Source of the DNA: Atractiella rhizophila | Taxonomy: Eukaryota | DNA length: 44,245 nucleotides | Assembly: GCA_021432655.1 (NCBI GenBank) | Contig: MU271564.1 | Span: 1 to 44,245, forward strand | Direction of reading: 5' to 3' | Shown here: positions 10,129 to 24,023 of the stretch, one piece after another | How positions within the stretch are numbered: the first letter of the stretch is position 1 | Layout of the letters: every line of letters begins with the position of its first letter | Program-made: the position numbers and the translations under genes | Notes under the pieces: generated by a model | The model's database searches: none | What the model was told of the DNA's origin: nothing | The model's input: only the letters and a program-made list of their open reading frames with translations

Positions 10129-11094
10129 CTACGATTGCTTGATCTGCAGCAAAACATCAATGGGCAACAGAACCCGAGAGGATGGAGGGATGTCTTACAT
10201 TCTGGGTGAGCCACGAGAGTCCTATATCGAGTTTCGGATGGGAAAAAAGTCAAAACATGGAGAGTGAAGGGAAGATGGAATAACAGACCTTCGAACAGCC
10301 CATCGCCTTGTAAGGCGTTGCTAGGGTGGCAATACCAGCTTCGATCCCTCATCTTGAGCAATCCCAATTTCTCCGTCACCTCAGTCGGGCTCATCGCTAC
10401 ACGTTCGCTTTAAAAAACAAACCAACATTCAAGAGGGAGGGAGGAATCGCAAAGACGGACCACCGGGCAAATCTTGCTTGTTGGCGAAAACGAGGAGCAG
10501 ACAATCCTTCATCTCCCTGTCTTGCAAGATCTTGTGTAACTCCAACCGTGCCTCGTCGATCCTCTCCCTATCCTGAGAGTCGACCACGAAAACTAACGCC
10601 TGTGTGCCGGTGTAATAGTGCCGCCAGAGGGGACGGATCTTATCTTGTCCTCCCACATCCCAGACGTTGAACCTGTCGTTTGATAAAATGAGCAGAGGGA
10701 TGAGGGGTCATGATTGGAAGAGGAGAAGGACGCACTTTACGTTCTTGTAGGTCACCGTCTCGACGTTGAAACCGACGGTTGGGATGGTCGTGACGGATTG
10801 ATTCAGCTTGAGCTTGTAAAGGATAGCTGTGACCACACACAACACGAGACAGAGCGAACACATCACCCATTCATTCATTCATGCATTCATTCTCCGAGAA
10901 AAGAAAGAACGCACTCGTTTTCCCAGCTGCGTCCAGTCCGAGCATGAGGATCCTCATCTCCTTGTTACCGAACAGCTTTCCTGCACCACCGCATCACCAA
11001 GTCAGAGTTTTGCGTGGATAGCCGAAGAAGTGAATGCGCATGGAAGCAGAATGGAAGGGCATGTACCGAGCGCTTTGGAGAGGGCGGCACCCAT
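10129..11094 (-). CDS. ARF6: ADP-ribosylation factor, Arf6 class, copy 2
   Basis: Same exon structure and protein as 1030-2000. Confidence 0.93.
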
Positions 11095-11276
11095 CGTTTC
11101 TGGCTATTAGAACTGGGGGACAGACACGAGTCAACAAACACTCTCTCAGCGTGAGGAAGATACTCACGACGTATACTTTTATGGTGACAGTGGTCAATCT
11201 CCTGAAGATGATTTGGGTTACGAGTTCACGTGACATGTTTCCGTCCAGCTCCAACTACGACGGGTGACAAGTCTCG

Positions 11277-14200
11277 ATGTCTCGATTTCGCACGTCAGCC
11301 GAAGAAAAGTCGAGCAGCGCCACCGTTTCTGCTTCGGGGTCGAGGAGACTGAGCACCAAGAGAGATCGAAGCGGATCGGTGGGGAGCAGCTATGTCCTGT
11401 CAGGTAGTGCGGGTGGCACTTCAAACACTGCAAACACCAACGCCTTCCCATCAGGTGCGTATCTTTCACATCACATGTATCCAGAACGGCAGTCAAATGG
11501 GTGTTTTTCTGGGTCAAAGCATCAATGATTTCGCCATCTGGACGGATCCGTCCCACGTCTCCTTTACAGCGCAGGGGAACCATCTCCGACCTTTTCCCGA
11601 CCTCTCCCTCTCCTCCGCCCAACACCAATCCTACCTCAACCTCCAGACGGTCTCCTCCGCCGTCGCCAAGAAGCAATCAAAGCGGAAACATAGGCATCGG
11701 TATCCCTCAGGCGTTCCACGCACACAACCCTCCTCCCTTGCGACCGGAAGACGAGGACGAGCCCTCCGACGAGTCGTTTGAGGATATTGGGAATGAACAG
11801 ACGTTCAGTAACACTCATCGGAACATTCCGTCGGCGGAGTATTCTGGCAGGAGCGGGTTTCGAAGGAGGAGTAAGAGGAAAAGCAATGGCCCTGGAGAAG
11901 ACAAAGACACGGCGAGCGTGAGGAGTGGTGGTGGTATAATCAAGGGGTTAGGGAGGAAAGGCTCTCGGATCTTTGGGGGAGGAAAGAGTTCGATGACGCC
12001 GTCAACGAACGAGGATGCCGGAACGACCCTTGGAAGGTCCGGATCACAGGGGTCGAACAGCATTGACGAACTGTTCAACTCCCTCACCTCTCCACGGTCC
12101 CCATCACCCGGCCCCAACCTATCTGGATACACCGGAAGTGGAAGTGGATATCCCGAATCCTCCCCGTCCCCTCCTCCAAGCGCCTCCCGCCGTCTGTCAC
12201 CACGCTCCTTCCTCAACCTTGGCATCTCCAATTCCTCCACGCCTGACCTCTCACAGCACCCTCCCTCTCCACCACCGAGCTCGGGAAGCAGACTGATGTC
12301 CACCATCGGCAAGGTCAAGTCGAAGTCGAAGCGAGGCGCAACCATCTCTACTCCTTCACCTTCCGTCACATCTTCTCCACTGAACAACAACTCCAATGCC
12401 CAAACACACAGTCGTGGTGGTTCGACGGATATCCTGCGCCCATCTCATCCTCCTCCAACACTACATTCCCGTACTTTCTCCCCTTCGATGCAACAAGAGC
12501 TCTTCAGAGCTTCTCCAGAGCCACCCACCCCTCCGACAGCAGCACAAGGCGGTCCAGACTTTCCCGTCGCCTGGGCTCCCTCCCACCAACCTCAACAGCA
12601 GCAACAAGAGACCCAAGGCCCTCCCTCCGCCTTCCCACGGCGTATCTCAGGCTGGCTATCCGGCGTCCTCTCCCCTCCCACTCCCAGCCCAACACCCGGA
12701 CCCGGATCCGGAGGCAGTGGGACGGAAACTCTCTCTCCCAGTCCCCTGCCGCGCACTTCCAGCGCAAGTGGATACCGTGTGATGCAGGGAAAGAACGCGA
12801 GCGCTCAGTCCCTCTCTTTCCCCCCTCCCTCTCGCGAACGTTCCGTATCTCCGTCACCAGCTCCTCCCCCGCCTCCGGCGTCCAGTCCCCCCTCGACGTT
12901 CCGCGCTCCGTCCCCTAAGAAGAGCGCTGGAGGAGGGTTAGGTGGATGGGTCGGCCTGGGTGGAGGTGGTGGATTGGATAAGGCGGTGCAGTTCTTTTTG
13001 GATTCGGATTCGAATGGAGTGGGAAGTGGTGAGGAGATTTGGGTGATGGGTGTGCGACATGATGGTGTTGTGAAGGACGAGGAGAGGGAGAAGGAGAGCA
13101 AGAAAGAACGGAAGAGAAAGGAGAAGGAGAAGGAAAGAGAGAGGGATGAACTCGAAATCGTTAGAGTTGGAGCATCTACACCTGGAGGGAGCAAGATACT
13201 CTCTGCCCTCCCGAAGAGAGCTATCGTCAAAGCGTTACCTGGGGCAGTGACTGGTGGGAACAAGCTGATGTCTTCGGCGGCAAAACTAGCGTCATCCAAT
13301 AGCAAGGAGAAGAAAGGAAAGAAGGAGCAACAAGCGTCTTCAGCTCCACGGTTTCGAGAAGGATGGGATCGGAACGCCTCCGTATCCCCACCCCCCTCCT
13401 CCGCTGCATCCACATCCTCCGGTCCACTCTCTTCCATGCCCTTCCCTCCCCCATCCCTTGCACAAACCGGAGGCTGGCCCCCGAGCTTCTATCACGACTT
13501 CTACTCCCGCATCGTCCTCCACTACCGCTCCGGATTCCCAGTCATCCCTTGTCAACCGAACACCAACCCTCTTCGCGACGTGCTCGGCAGTCTTTCAGCC
13601 TCCTTAGGGAGGGGAGGCGGACCGAGCGGGCGCACGGCTGACGGTCTGACGAGCGATGCGGGATGGGGTTGCATGCTCAGGACTGGGCAATCCCTTCTCG
13701 CGAACGCGTTGGAGCGTGTACATCTCGGTAGGGAATGGAGAAGACCTGTACCCGCGAAAGATAAAGAACCGTCGTCGCCGATGGTCGTTGTCGATCCTCA
13801 TACTTATCAACGTCTCATCAGCTGGTTCATTGATGATCCCTCGCCCCTAGCACCGTTCTCGGTGCACAAGTTTGCGGTGAAGGGAAAGGAGCTGGGGAAG
13901 GAGATTGGAGAGTGGTTCGGCCCTTCTACCGCCGCTGGTGCTATCAAGTCCGTCGTTTCTTTTGACTACTATCTTCTTTCTGATTTCTAATGTTGATGAG
14001 ATTAGGAGTCTGACGAATGAGTTTGCGCCGGCGGGCATGGGCGTTGCGAACGCGATTGATGGAACCCTCTACCGCACAGACGTCTATGATGCTGCCCAGA
14101 CCGTCTTGAAGAAGGAGAAGAGGAGGAGCAAGGACGTGATGCGGAACCCGAATGCCAAAGTCAAATGGCAACGACCTGTGTTGGTTCTTTTCGGCTTACG

Positions 14201-15601
14201 TTTGGGCATCAACGGGGTAAATCCGATTTATTTCGAAAGTGTCAAGGTACACGTTCCTCTGAAACTCTTAGTATGAATGGAATGCTGAGAAAGATTTGGT
14301 GCAGGCAATCTTCCGCTTCCCTCAATCGGTGGGAATCGCAGGCGGTCGACCGTCCTCATCTTATTACTTCATCGGCTATCAAGGCACTTCCCTTTTCTAC
14401 ATCGATCCACATCACACCCGTGCCTCCATTCCTCTCCGCATTATTCCCCAGGAACTTCATCAACAAGCGCTGACGAAGCCTTTGACGAGCGGAAAGAAGG
14501 ATGATTCGGAATGGGAGAAGCTGGAAAACAACAACGATTCCGGATCGTTCCAATCCGTCAGCTTTAAACCATCTTCTTCCCCCACCACCAGCTCTTTTGG
14601 CGGATTCAGCGGTGGCGTCGCAAACTCCAACTCGTCGACCTCCAAGTATGGAGACACCGAGAAGGAGGATCCGCTGGACGCTTTCTTCTCCCAGGCTTAT
14701 CCGGATGTCTCGCTTAGAACCTATCATTGCGAAAAAGTTCGGAGGATGGGCATCACCGGCCTCGATCCCAGCATGCTGGTAGGATTCTTGATCAGGGACG
14801 AGGTAGACTGGGAGGACTTTGTCGCTCGGACAAAAGAAGTCCGTTTCTCTTTTTTTTAAGCTTTCGGGTTGCTGACATCTCAAATGATAGCTCCCCAAAT
14901 CCATATTTTCCATTCAGAACGAAATGCCACACTGGCTAAGGGGCAAAGGGACGGAGAGCGATGGCAGTACCTCAGATCACGGCGTCGAGTCACTGTCAGA
15001 ACCAGAAGATTGGGAGGAAGATGGGACATCTTCCTCGAAGCAGTCAGACTCCAACTACAATTCCATCCGCAAGAGCAAGGAGAACACTCCTTTCTCAGAA
15101 GAACTTGATGCAGAGGTGACTCCGAATACGAAGCGGAAACCAGACCCACCGCCGGAGATGGACCTCGGCGAGGAGACGCCAGAGCTTGACGATTCCATGG
15201 TATCTGAAAATCCAACACTCAACGCGAAGGAGCCAGATAGGGATTCATGGGTCGACACCGGTTCCACGGGCGGATCTGTACCTTCAACCGCCAGACCAAA
15301 CAAAACGTTCAATCACGACGATTCCAGACCGCAATCGGATTATCAGACTCTGCTCAAGGACGATGAGAGTGTATTGATGATGGGTAGCGGAAGCATTCAT
15401 AGTCTCGAAGGTTGGCAGAGAGTGGAGGAGAAGAGGAAGAGGAAAAGTTCTGGCCTTGCTCTGGGGTGGAGTGGGGATGACGATGACGATGACGAGATGG
15501 AATCATCGGAGCCCCAGGTTAGTGCAGAAGGAAACAGCAACGATCAAACTCGACAACCTGATCGCAACGGAGAAGTTCAAAAACCTTCCATCAGCCGTTG
15601 A
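11277..15601 (+). CDS. ATG4: Atg4 cysteine protease (peptidase C54) with long disordered N- and C-terminal extensions; introns ~11455-11519, 13948-14005, 14247-14304, 14839-14890
   Basis: SDAGWGCMLRTGQSLLANAL (catalytic Cys), WFGPSTAA, GIAGGRPSSSYYF, YIDPH (Asp/His), DPSMLVGF. Confidence 0.93.
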
Positions 15602-16192
15602 CCTGTCCATGACTTCCACTGCGCATACTAGCTACATTATAATAGATTCCCTCGATTTTATTTCAATGACCACGTTTACATTCCTTGTTCGACTTGCGGA
15701 CTTGTGGATGCAAATCCCGTTCAGCTGTTGTCACGCTTTTGGATTCATTCTTTTCCATCAACCATGATGCCACAATTACTGCCTCTTGTTTTACTAGTAC
15801 ACGTTTTTTTCGTCAGGTTTTGCGTCCTCCTTTTTACCACACTCCTCTTCTGCATCCCTCCGGTACATCTCGCTGCACGCCATTTTCTTATTCCGAGATC
15901 TGTAACAGATCGGTTACCTTGCAATTATATAACAAAGGCTCCTCTGCCTCCCCAACATCCGTTTTCCTTTCGATGTGTAGGCTTCAACATGGCACGAAAG
16001 TGCAACAGAGATTGGTTGAGATCATGCAGGCACACAACTTTTGAGGACAACGATCGCTGCCTCATTACGGTCTCTGGCTGAGTCTCCTCCCCGCTCCAGT
16101 CTTGCTTCTGAGAGGAGATTTAATTGACTGAGACAACAAAAGGAATGTCGACAGAGCTTCATCTTCCTTCAAGTTATTTCACACTAATCTAA

Positions 16193-16595
16193 TTACATAT
16201 CGCTGTGGGGCCATGTAAGCCTGTCAACATATACGCAACGATTGCAGTCCCCTGAGTTCCTGTTCAGATTGAAACTCCAGAATTCGATGTGAATTTGCGA
16301 GTTCTGGAAGTAACGTTGGAAGTTGAACGCTGAACAGGCAAACAGGTAGAAGAACCACTCCCCAATTGTAGAAGTGTTCACAAATTTCGAGAATTCCCTT
16401 GAAAGCTACCCGCAATAATAGAAGAATGCACACCAGTGGTGAACTCAACAGTAAAGCGCACTTTGGTATACACGGACAATGCTTTCAGCAAGAGACTTGG
16501 ACGTGCAGATACAAAGCATAGGGTTGGCAAACCAACAAAGATGTTAAAAAATCTCCGCCCTGGAACGAACCCAAGCTCGCATCTATCGTCCAACC
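16193..16595 (-). CDS. Possible spliced hypothetical protein; start exon unresolved
   Basis: Two open segments join in frame across a GTGCGC..TAG intron (..SVYTK|LSREFSKF..). No recognisable domain. Confidence 0.25.
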
Positions 16596-16862
16596 TGTAA
16601 GGAGGTCGTGCGAGAGAGTCAGATAGAGGCGTTACTCAAAATGAATGCAAAGTGCAAAATCCACTCTCCTAAGCCCAAATCACTACTAGGAATTCACTTT
16701 CTCACCAGAGGTAGTTTTAAACACTTCAAACTCCATCCATTCTCCTCAATAGACTGTCTGCGTTACCACCTTGTTGGTAGCAGTCCCATTCGCGGTGATT
16801 TGGTGAGGTCGGGTCCGATACAAACGACGAAAAGCGCGTGAGTTCTTTAACGGAAGGCTCCT

Positions 16863-17245
16863 ATGGCTACACCACCTCCTTCAGGCTCTCTGATCTCTCA
16901 ACCCCTTGATCTCATCCGTCTCTCCCTTTCCGAACAAGTTTTCATCAAGTTACGAGGCGATCGTGAGCTAAGAGGAGTATTACATGTTTGCTTTCTGTCG
17001 CTTTGTAAAATAGATCTGACGGGACATCTGTAGGCGTATGACGCACACATGAATATGGTGCTGTCAAATGTCGAAGAGACGGTATATATTATTGAGGAGG
17101 ATCAGTTGAAAACAAACAAACGGAGAGTCGACATGCTTTTCGTGAGAGGAGACGGAGTCGTCTTGGTGGGCTGTCCAACCGTCTTTAGAGCTTTTGTTGA
17201 TATTCTGTTGATGGTAAATAGGTCAGCCCGCCATCTCGAACATGA
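16863..17245 (+). CDS. LSM3: U6 snRNA-associated Sm-like protein Lsm3 (3 exons)
   Basis: Spliced [56 protein letters not shown]. Confidence 0.93.
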
Positions 17246-18811
17246 AGAATGAAACAAGAGAATAATGCTCGAGGTTGGAACACCTTCCTTCTGCAAGACA
17301 GAAAGCGAACAACCTGAGTAGGATCTGCGAAGTTGATAAGGAAGGGCAGACCTAGTTGTTAGTTTGCTGAATGATTAGGCGCTTGGTGGGTCCATCGTTG
17401 CATCAATAGCATGGTTATGTGAAGGGCTGTTTTGTCTACAATCTAAATCACGATGCCACGGGTTTTGAAACTCTGCCTGAAGTTTCTTCTGTTCTTCAAA
17501 CGTGTGATCACATTACATCCTGGCGTGAGCATTGAGGTCTGCCTAATAGCATCGCCGAACTCAAAAGGTTTTCTCTTGCCAAATCCGATCACCTTTGGTC
17601 TTTGGGAATGAGTTGAATAAATCTAATTACGGTTAAAGTAGTGAGATAAAAGAAAGAGCTGGAGGAAATGCGTCACTTGTTCTGGACGATTGAATCCATA
17701 AGGTTATGACTACTGCAATTGTTCCTCCAGGCACTTTCCAGCCTATCTAAACAGTCTATGTTCGCAGCCAGCTGTTCCTGCTGAGCCGCTCCCAAGTGGA
17801 GTTCGATTCTCCCAATAATCTATATGCGGCTTTCTTGGGACGTTTCCTGTGAGCAAACATTTGTCGAGTAGACCTTGATGTCGATCCAAAGTATTCGAAA
17901 TCAGCCTCGACCATCTCTCCGGTGATGATGTTCTACCCATTTCTGACATGGCACTCTATTCACTATGTCGACGGAGACGGTGATGAGGAATTTGAAGAAG
18001 GATGCAGAGTTCTTTGCTCAGCCTCCTCCGCCGTCGAATCGATGATATCGAGGCGGACGAAAGAGCCACGCCCTTCCAGCGGATCCAGAAGATACTAAAC
18101 AGTTTTATGGAACTGAAAGTGGACAATCAGACAGTCCCAACTGATTCCCGCGTCGATTATGTCTTCAAGACCTCATTGGAGTGTGCAATTCAACGAAGAG
18201 CAACTGATTCTGCAACAAGTATCCAAAGTGAAACCACATGGAGTTCCTTGCTCGAATACGCCTGAAATAGCAACCTGTCCATAGGTTTATGCGCGACTCC
18301 TCCGATCAGAATATCTCGAGGGATTTTCTTATCGTTTGCGAATTCTCGTCCCTAACTGATCCTGCCATCCTGGATTCGACCAAGATCAAGCAAAACATTG
18401 TGGGGAGCTTGGACAAAATCGCAATACAGCTTTTCCATCCTAAAGGAAGTAGACAGCTTTATTTCCTGTTTGCCCGAGTTACTAACGCGTGCAGAAGGAA
18501 GAAGTTGTCACCATCTTTACAACTAAAGCTTTGATCGATCTGGCTTCATGCGGAGGGGTGGTTTGGGTCTGGCTGCCGTGGAGGGCTTCCAGGGATACTT
18601 CTCTCGCGAAATTGCACATCTGTGGATGAAGATGTTGGATTAGACGTCTTCTGTACCATTTGCAATATGCATGATTCAAGAATTTTACATTGTTACTGTT
18701 TACTTTATATAGAATGAGAATGAGTTTTGTCTACAACAGACAAAATGCAGGTGAAAGTGAAATGGTGGACCCAGAACCCTAAACAAATCCAATAGAAAGC
18801 GAAACCTCAGA

Positions 18812-19483
18812 TCACCAAATCAAGCGTCGATGCGATTCTGATACAGCCCGATGTTCCCTCACATGTTTCTCCAGTAACCCCTGTGACCAAGCCTTTTCTT
18901 CTGCACGTAAAATGCTATCCAAATCTTCTCCCTCTTGTCGTAACGAAAATGAGAGGCAACGAAAAAGTTCCATCTCCATCTCGTCGATTTCCCCAACTGA
19001 AAAGATCCCTTTTGAAGCTATGCTCCACGAAGAATTGGCATAGGAATTGTCGAGGGAGTAGGCAGATGCGAGGACGAGACTTGAGAGGAAGATTCGTTCG
19101 TGGAAGAAGGGAGGCGCGTTTGCATTTGGTGATGTCTCAAAGCTTCGGGAGAGGCGCTTGACAAGGTGGATGGCATGGAAGACTGTAGGATTGGGAACAT
19201 CTGTTCGGTATAAGACATACGCCTGCACGATATTAGTTGGTTGCAGTTGTCAAAATGATTGCGAAACTCACAATCCAAGTTTTCAGGCAATGTTTTTTGA
19301 TAGGTTCTGAGGAACGAGTGACCGCACCAAAGAGCTTAACGAAGGTGTCAGCAAAGAGAACCGCCAGGTCTACATCAACATCAGCTTGAGCCGCTTTGGG
19401 TAAGGTATAGACAGGAACGCACCTCTGTGACTGCTGCACTTGGCTTCCAGAGAATAACTTTCACTTTCTTGTTGAGAGACCAT
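18812..19483 (-). CDS. Pho80/Pcl-family (Pho85-type) cyclin, divergent (3 exons)
   Basis: Spliced ..WI|AYVLYRT..TVFHAIHLVKRL..HERIFLSSLVLASAYSLDNSYANSSW..IFSVGEIDEMEMELFRCLSFSL matches the Pcl cyclin box pattern. Confidence 0.75.
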
Positions 19484-20091
19484 TTTGAGCAATACGATCA
19501 GCTTGTTAAAGTTGTGAGGAATAAGGGTAGTTCGCTTGTGCTGTGGTTGGTAAGTGAGGTAGAATGAAGAGCTCTTGACCCATAACTTATATACCCTGAC
19601 ATAAGGCATCTGGTAATTTACCCATAAAAAAACAGAGCGCAATTCAAGCGCGCATCTACAACAGCGAGGAACTTCGCCCAAGAGAGCCGTGGTTAAAAAC
19701 TCTATAAATTTGCAACAGCGCCATCTAAGATGCGCACACAGGGCTTCGGGTCGCTGCTCGCTTTTGCCTCGCATCAGATAAACCATGTGGAAGGGCATCC
19801 CGATCAGGCAGAAACGACGGGAGAAGAAGATTGCAACGATGACCGACACCCGTAACTAGCCAGGTAGAAAAGAAACCTAGCGCTGGAATTTTGCCAGAAC
19901 CGAGCCAGCAGAACGTGACACGACGATCTATGGAGCGAGGATAGCTCCCAGAGTGATGCTCCTCAGATTGTCGAGGCTGAACGAAAGAGAGGGACGAGGA
20001 ACTGAGTGCAGGAAGATATTGTCCAGGGTTGTTCACAAATACGAATTACGGAATGCTACTGATGTCAGGTCTAAGAAGCAGCGCACGCGTC

Positions 20092-21281
20092 TCAAAGTGC
20101 GGAATAACCAGAACGACCAGTCCGTCCCCCGGTGACAATATCGCTGTGGAAAATGTTAGCATAAAATAACGCAGACAGCATCACTTACCGTAAGAGGTAG
20201 GGAAGATCACGCCTAAAGACAACATCAATTTCAGTTCAATTGCAAGAACGACAGGTAATCACCAAAAGTCTCGATGAGGTATCAAATCCCAACCTCGAGC
20301 TCCAAAGTTCTTGTGGTTGTTATAAATTCCGATAGCAAAATAGGCAGCAAGACCGCAAAATATCCTGGTCCAAAACGCCATCTCAGGTCTTTAGCTGATA
20401 TGAAGCAATCCTAGACGCACAACAAGAAAAATGTGCCTACTCCCCATCCACCACCGCCACCACCTTTACTCCCTTCATCGTCTTCTGACTTGTCTCCTCC
20501 GCGCCGCAACAGGTCAAGGTCGCATCCGGCTCTGGACACCCACTCGAGCTCGAGCTTTCCTTCCTCCTTCTCCCCTAATTCCAGATCTGAATACCGCATG
20601 CTCTTGATCGTCGGTTCAGTCTGCTCAATCGTAGGTGAGCGAAGTGCCATGAAGGGAAAGCTAAATCACCTTTTCTGCATCCTCCGAGCAGGTGAATAAT
20701 ATTGACGTAGAAAGAGCGCGGCCATTGTAAGAGCCTCCCGTGAGGTTAACAAGGAAATTTGCTAGATACAAGTTATTAGTAACGGTCGTCCTAATACTCA
20801 ATTCTGAACCACGCATGAATCTGACAAATGCTGACGACGTATTCTGCAAGTGATAATTCGAAAAATGCTCATAGATATTTATGCGTGGGACTGTGTAAGA
20901 AGGAGGTTGAGTCCTTTTGAAATTAATACGGGACAACTCCAGTTCTCTGCAAAATGGTAAAGCAAAGGGAAGCCACAGCGACAACTGTCTCAGCAGCTCA
21001 GCTTCACGCCACAAATAGTAAAGTATCCCCTTGCAGGCTTATAGAATCATTCAAAAGTCCAGAGAAAGGAAAGGACATGTGTTCCCTCAGCTCTGTAGAA
21101 GCGAGACGTACCGTTGCTCTTCCCTTTAGCTTTCTCAACGCTTCCCTCTCCTTCCGACCAGTCAATCACCCTCGTAATCCTTTCCCTCTCCACTTCCTTC
21201 TCCTGATCCCCATCTGGCACTTTCTCCTTCTTAAAGTTCCTTTCCTTCGAACACACCCTGCTCCCTTCCTTACACCTATCA
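20092..21281 (-). CDS. ATG27: ATG27 copy lacking its 5' end (broken inside exon 1 at the duplication junction)
   Basis: Matches 26339-27527; no signal peptide part. Confidence 0.7.
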
Positions 21282-21698
21282 TCGCCCAAGCGAGCCGTGG
21301 TTAAAAACTCTATAAATTTACAACAGCGCCATCTAAGATGCGCACACAGGGCTTCGGGTCGCTGCTCGCTTTTGCCTCGCATCAGATAAACCATGTGGAA
21401 GGGCATCCCGATCAGGCAGAAACGACGGGAGAAGAGGATTGCAACGATGACCGACGCCCGTAGCTAGCCAGGTAGAAAAGAAACCTAGCGCTGTAATTTT
21501 GCCAGAATCGAGCCAGTAGAACGTGACACGACGATCTATGGAGCGAGGATAGCTCCCAGAGGGATGCTCCTCAGATTGTTGAGACTCTTCGCAAGGAGGG
21601 AGGAGAAAGTGAGCACGGTAAGATAATGTCCAGGTTGTTCACAAAATACGAATTACGGAATGCTACTGAGGTCGCATCTAAGAAGCAGCGCACGCGTT

Positions 21699-23128
21699 TC
21701 AGAGTGCGGAATAACCAGAACGACCAGTCCGTCCCCCGGTGACAATATCGCTGTGGAAAATGTTAGCATAAAATAACGCAGACAACATCACTTACCGTAA
21801 GAGGTAGGGAAGATCACGCCTAAAGACAATATCAATTCCGGTTCAAATGCAAGAGCGATGGGTAATCACCAAAAGTCTCGATGAGGTATCAAATCCCAAC
21901 CTCGAGCTCCAAAGTTCTTGTGGTTGTTATAAATTCCGATACCAAAATAGGCAGCAAGACCGCAAAATATCCTGGTCCAACACGTCATCTCAGGTCTTTA
22001 GCTGATATGAAGCAATCCTAGACGCACAACAAGAAAAATGTGCCTACTCCCCATCCACCACCGCCACCACCTTTACTCCCTTCATCGTCTTCTGACTTGT
22101 CTCCTCCGCGCCGCAACAGGTCAAGGTCGCATCCGGCTCTGGACACCCACTCGAGCTCGAGCTTTCCTTCCTCTTTCTCCCCTAATTCCAGATCTGAATA
22201 CCGCATACTCTTGATCGTCGGTTCGGTCTGCTCAATCGTAGGTGAGCGAAGTGCCATGAAGGGAAAGCTGGATCACCTTTTCTGCATCCTCCGAACAGGT
22301 GAAGGATATTGACGTAGAAAGAGCACGGCCATTGTAAGAGCCTCCCGTGAGGTTAACGACAAAATTTGCTGTGTACAAATTATCAATAAGGGTTGTACTA
22401 ATACTCGATTCTGAACTATGCATGAATCCGGTAAATGCTGACGGCGTATTCTGCAAGTGATAATTCAAAAAATGCTCATAGATATTTATGCGCCGGACTG
22501 TGTAAGAAGGAGGTTGAGTCCTTTGAAATTAATGCGGGACAACTCCAGTTCTCTGCAAATGGTAAAGCAAAGGGGAGCCACAACGACAACTTTCTCAGCA
22601 GCTCAGCCTCACCCTACGAATAGCAAAGTATCCCTATAGAATTGTTCACAAGTCCAGAGAAAGGAAAAGGACATGTGTTACATCTGCCATGTAGAAGCGA
22701 GACGTACCGTTGCTCTTCCCTTTAGGTTTCTCGACGGTTCCCTCTCCTTCTGCCCAGTCAATCACCCTCGTAATCCTTTCTCTCTCCACTTCCTTCTCCT
22801 GATCCCCATCTGGCAATTTCTCCTTCTTAAAGTTCCTTTCCTTCGAACACACCCTGCTCCCTTCCTTACACCTATCACCTTCCTCTGCATCTTTCTCCCC
22901 GTCCAGCTTCAAAGCGTCGCATAAAGAAATGTAAATAGACGTCTGCGTGCGCGTTGGCGGTGTCGTTTGGTCGAGTATGAGCGTAGTGAGTGGTGGAAGA
23001 ATGGACAAGTCGTATGACTTGGAGTTGAGCGAGAATGTACATGAAAACGGCTCACCATTGGCTGTGGCTGCCAAAAGAAGGACAAGGGAGAACGGCAGAA
23101 GCGATATTCGAGGAAGCATTGTAGACAT
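21699..23128 (-). CDS. ATG27: Autophagy protein Atg27 (M6PR-like type I membrane protein); first intron 22369-22707
   Basis: Signal peptide, YDLS, TPPT..ISLC..C..GSRVC, TM helix, YNNHKNFGARGWDLIPHRDFW..DLPYL, C-terminal YxxPhi motif GYSAL*. Confidence 0.88.
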
Positions 23129-24023
23129 AATTTGCCTGTTGGAAAGAACAGCTCAAACCTTAAGACATTACTGATCGAAGCAAATTGAGGCAACCGTGCT
23201 TAACAGCCGTGAAGTTGAAGTTGAAGAACAAATATTTGATTGAGCTTGGGTCCTTGGTGTTAAGCGAATTACGACAGGAGAAGTCAGGAGAAAGGCTTAT
23301 AGCTAGCACGCTGTTTGGTCTCAAGCGTCAGGATAACCACTGGCATCTAGTAAGCTTTCTCAATCAATCAGTGATTGAAGCCATCTATTCCTTCACAGTG
23401 TGCGTTTTACTCTCATTTAGAGTTGTGTTCTGTGGCTTCGAGTACCGAGACAATAATAATCTCATGAGTGACGCTCTCCGTGACTACAAACATTCCACAG
23501 CAGATTATTGTTTGTTTCTTCGGGCCATTCTACGAGTTATATCCCCTTGTTATAGATGACCTGCTAGGTAAAAATCTTCTTGCACGCAGATTCTGGTCGT
23601 TGCAATCTGAAGAAGGCGGCACTATCAAGATCTCGTCTGTCAGGCTTGATCTTGGTTGAAGGCTCTTTGTTCGTGACAGCTTGAATGGATACGTGCCCAA
23701 TAAAATGTTGTGGGATACATGGCTTTGTGTATGCAGAATCAATTGACGCCGCTTCCTTTTTGTCAGGAGAAAAAAATAAGGACCTTGCGTTCTTTCCCTA
23801 TTGTCCAATACACAAACACGATTTGTCGATTTGACCAACTGTCGTCAAGTAGGACCTTTCTCTAATGCCATCGTACACCTCTGTCTACTCTCCTATTGAT
23901 TTGACTTGCATCAATACTAACTGGTCACCAGATCAGAGCTAGTGCGCGTTACCGAATTTCAACTCGAGTCTCCACTCTCATCTCACTCTTCCTTCACTTG
24001 ATTCACAACATACTTCAACACCA

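Noticed and set aside
11815..13463. Long antisense ORFs over ATG4 (likewise 36942-37709 over ESA1)
   Set aside because: Shadows of biased codon usage on the coding strand.
17660..18680. Possible gene between LSM3 and the cyclin
   Set aside because: Short ORFs with no recognisable domain; no consistent spliced model could be built.
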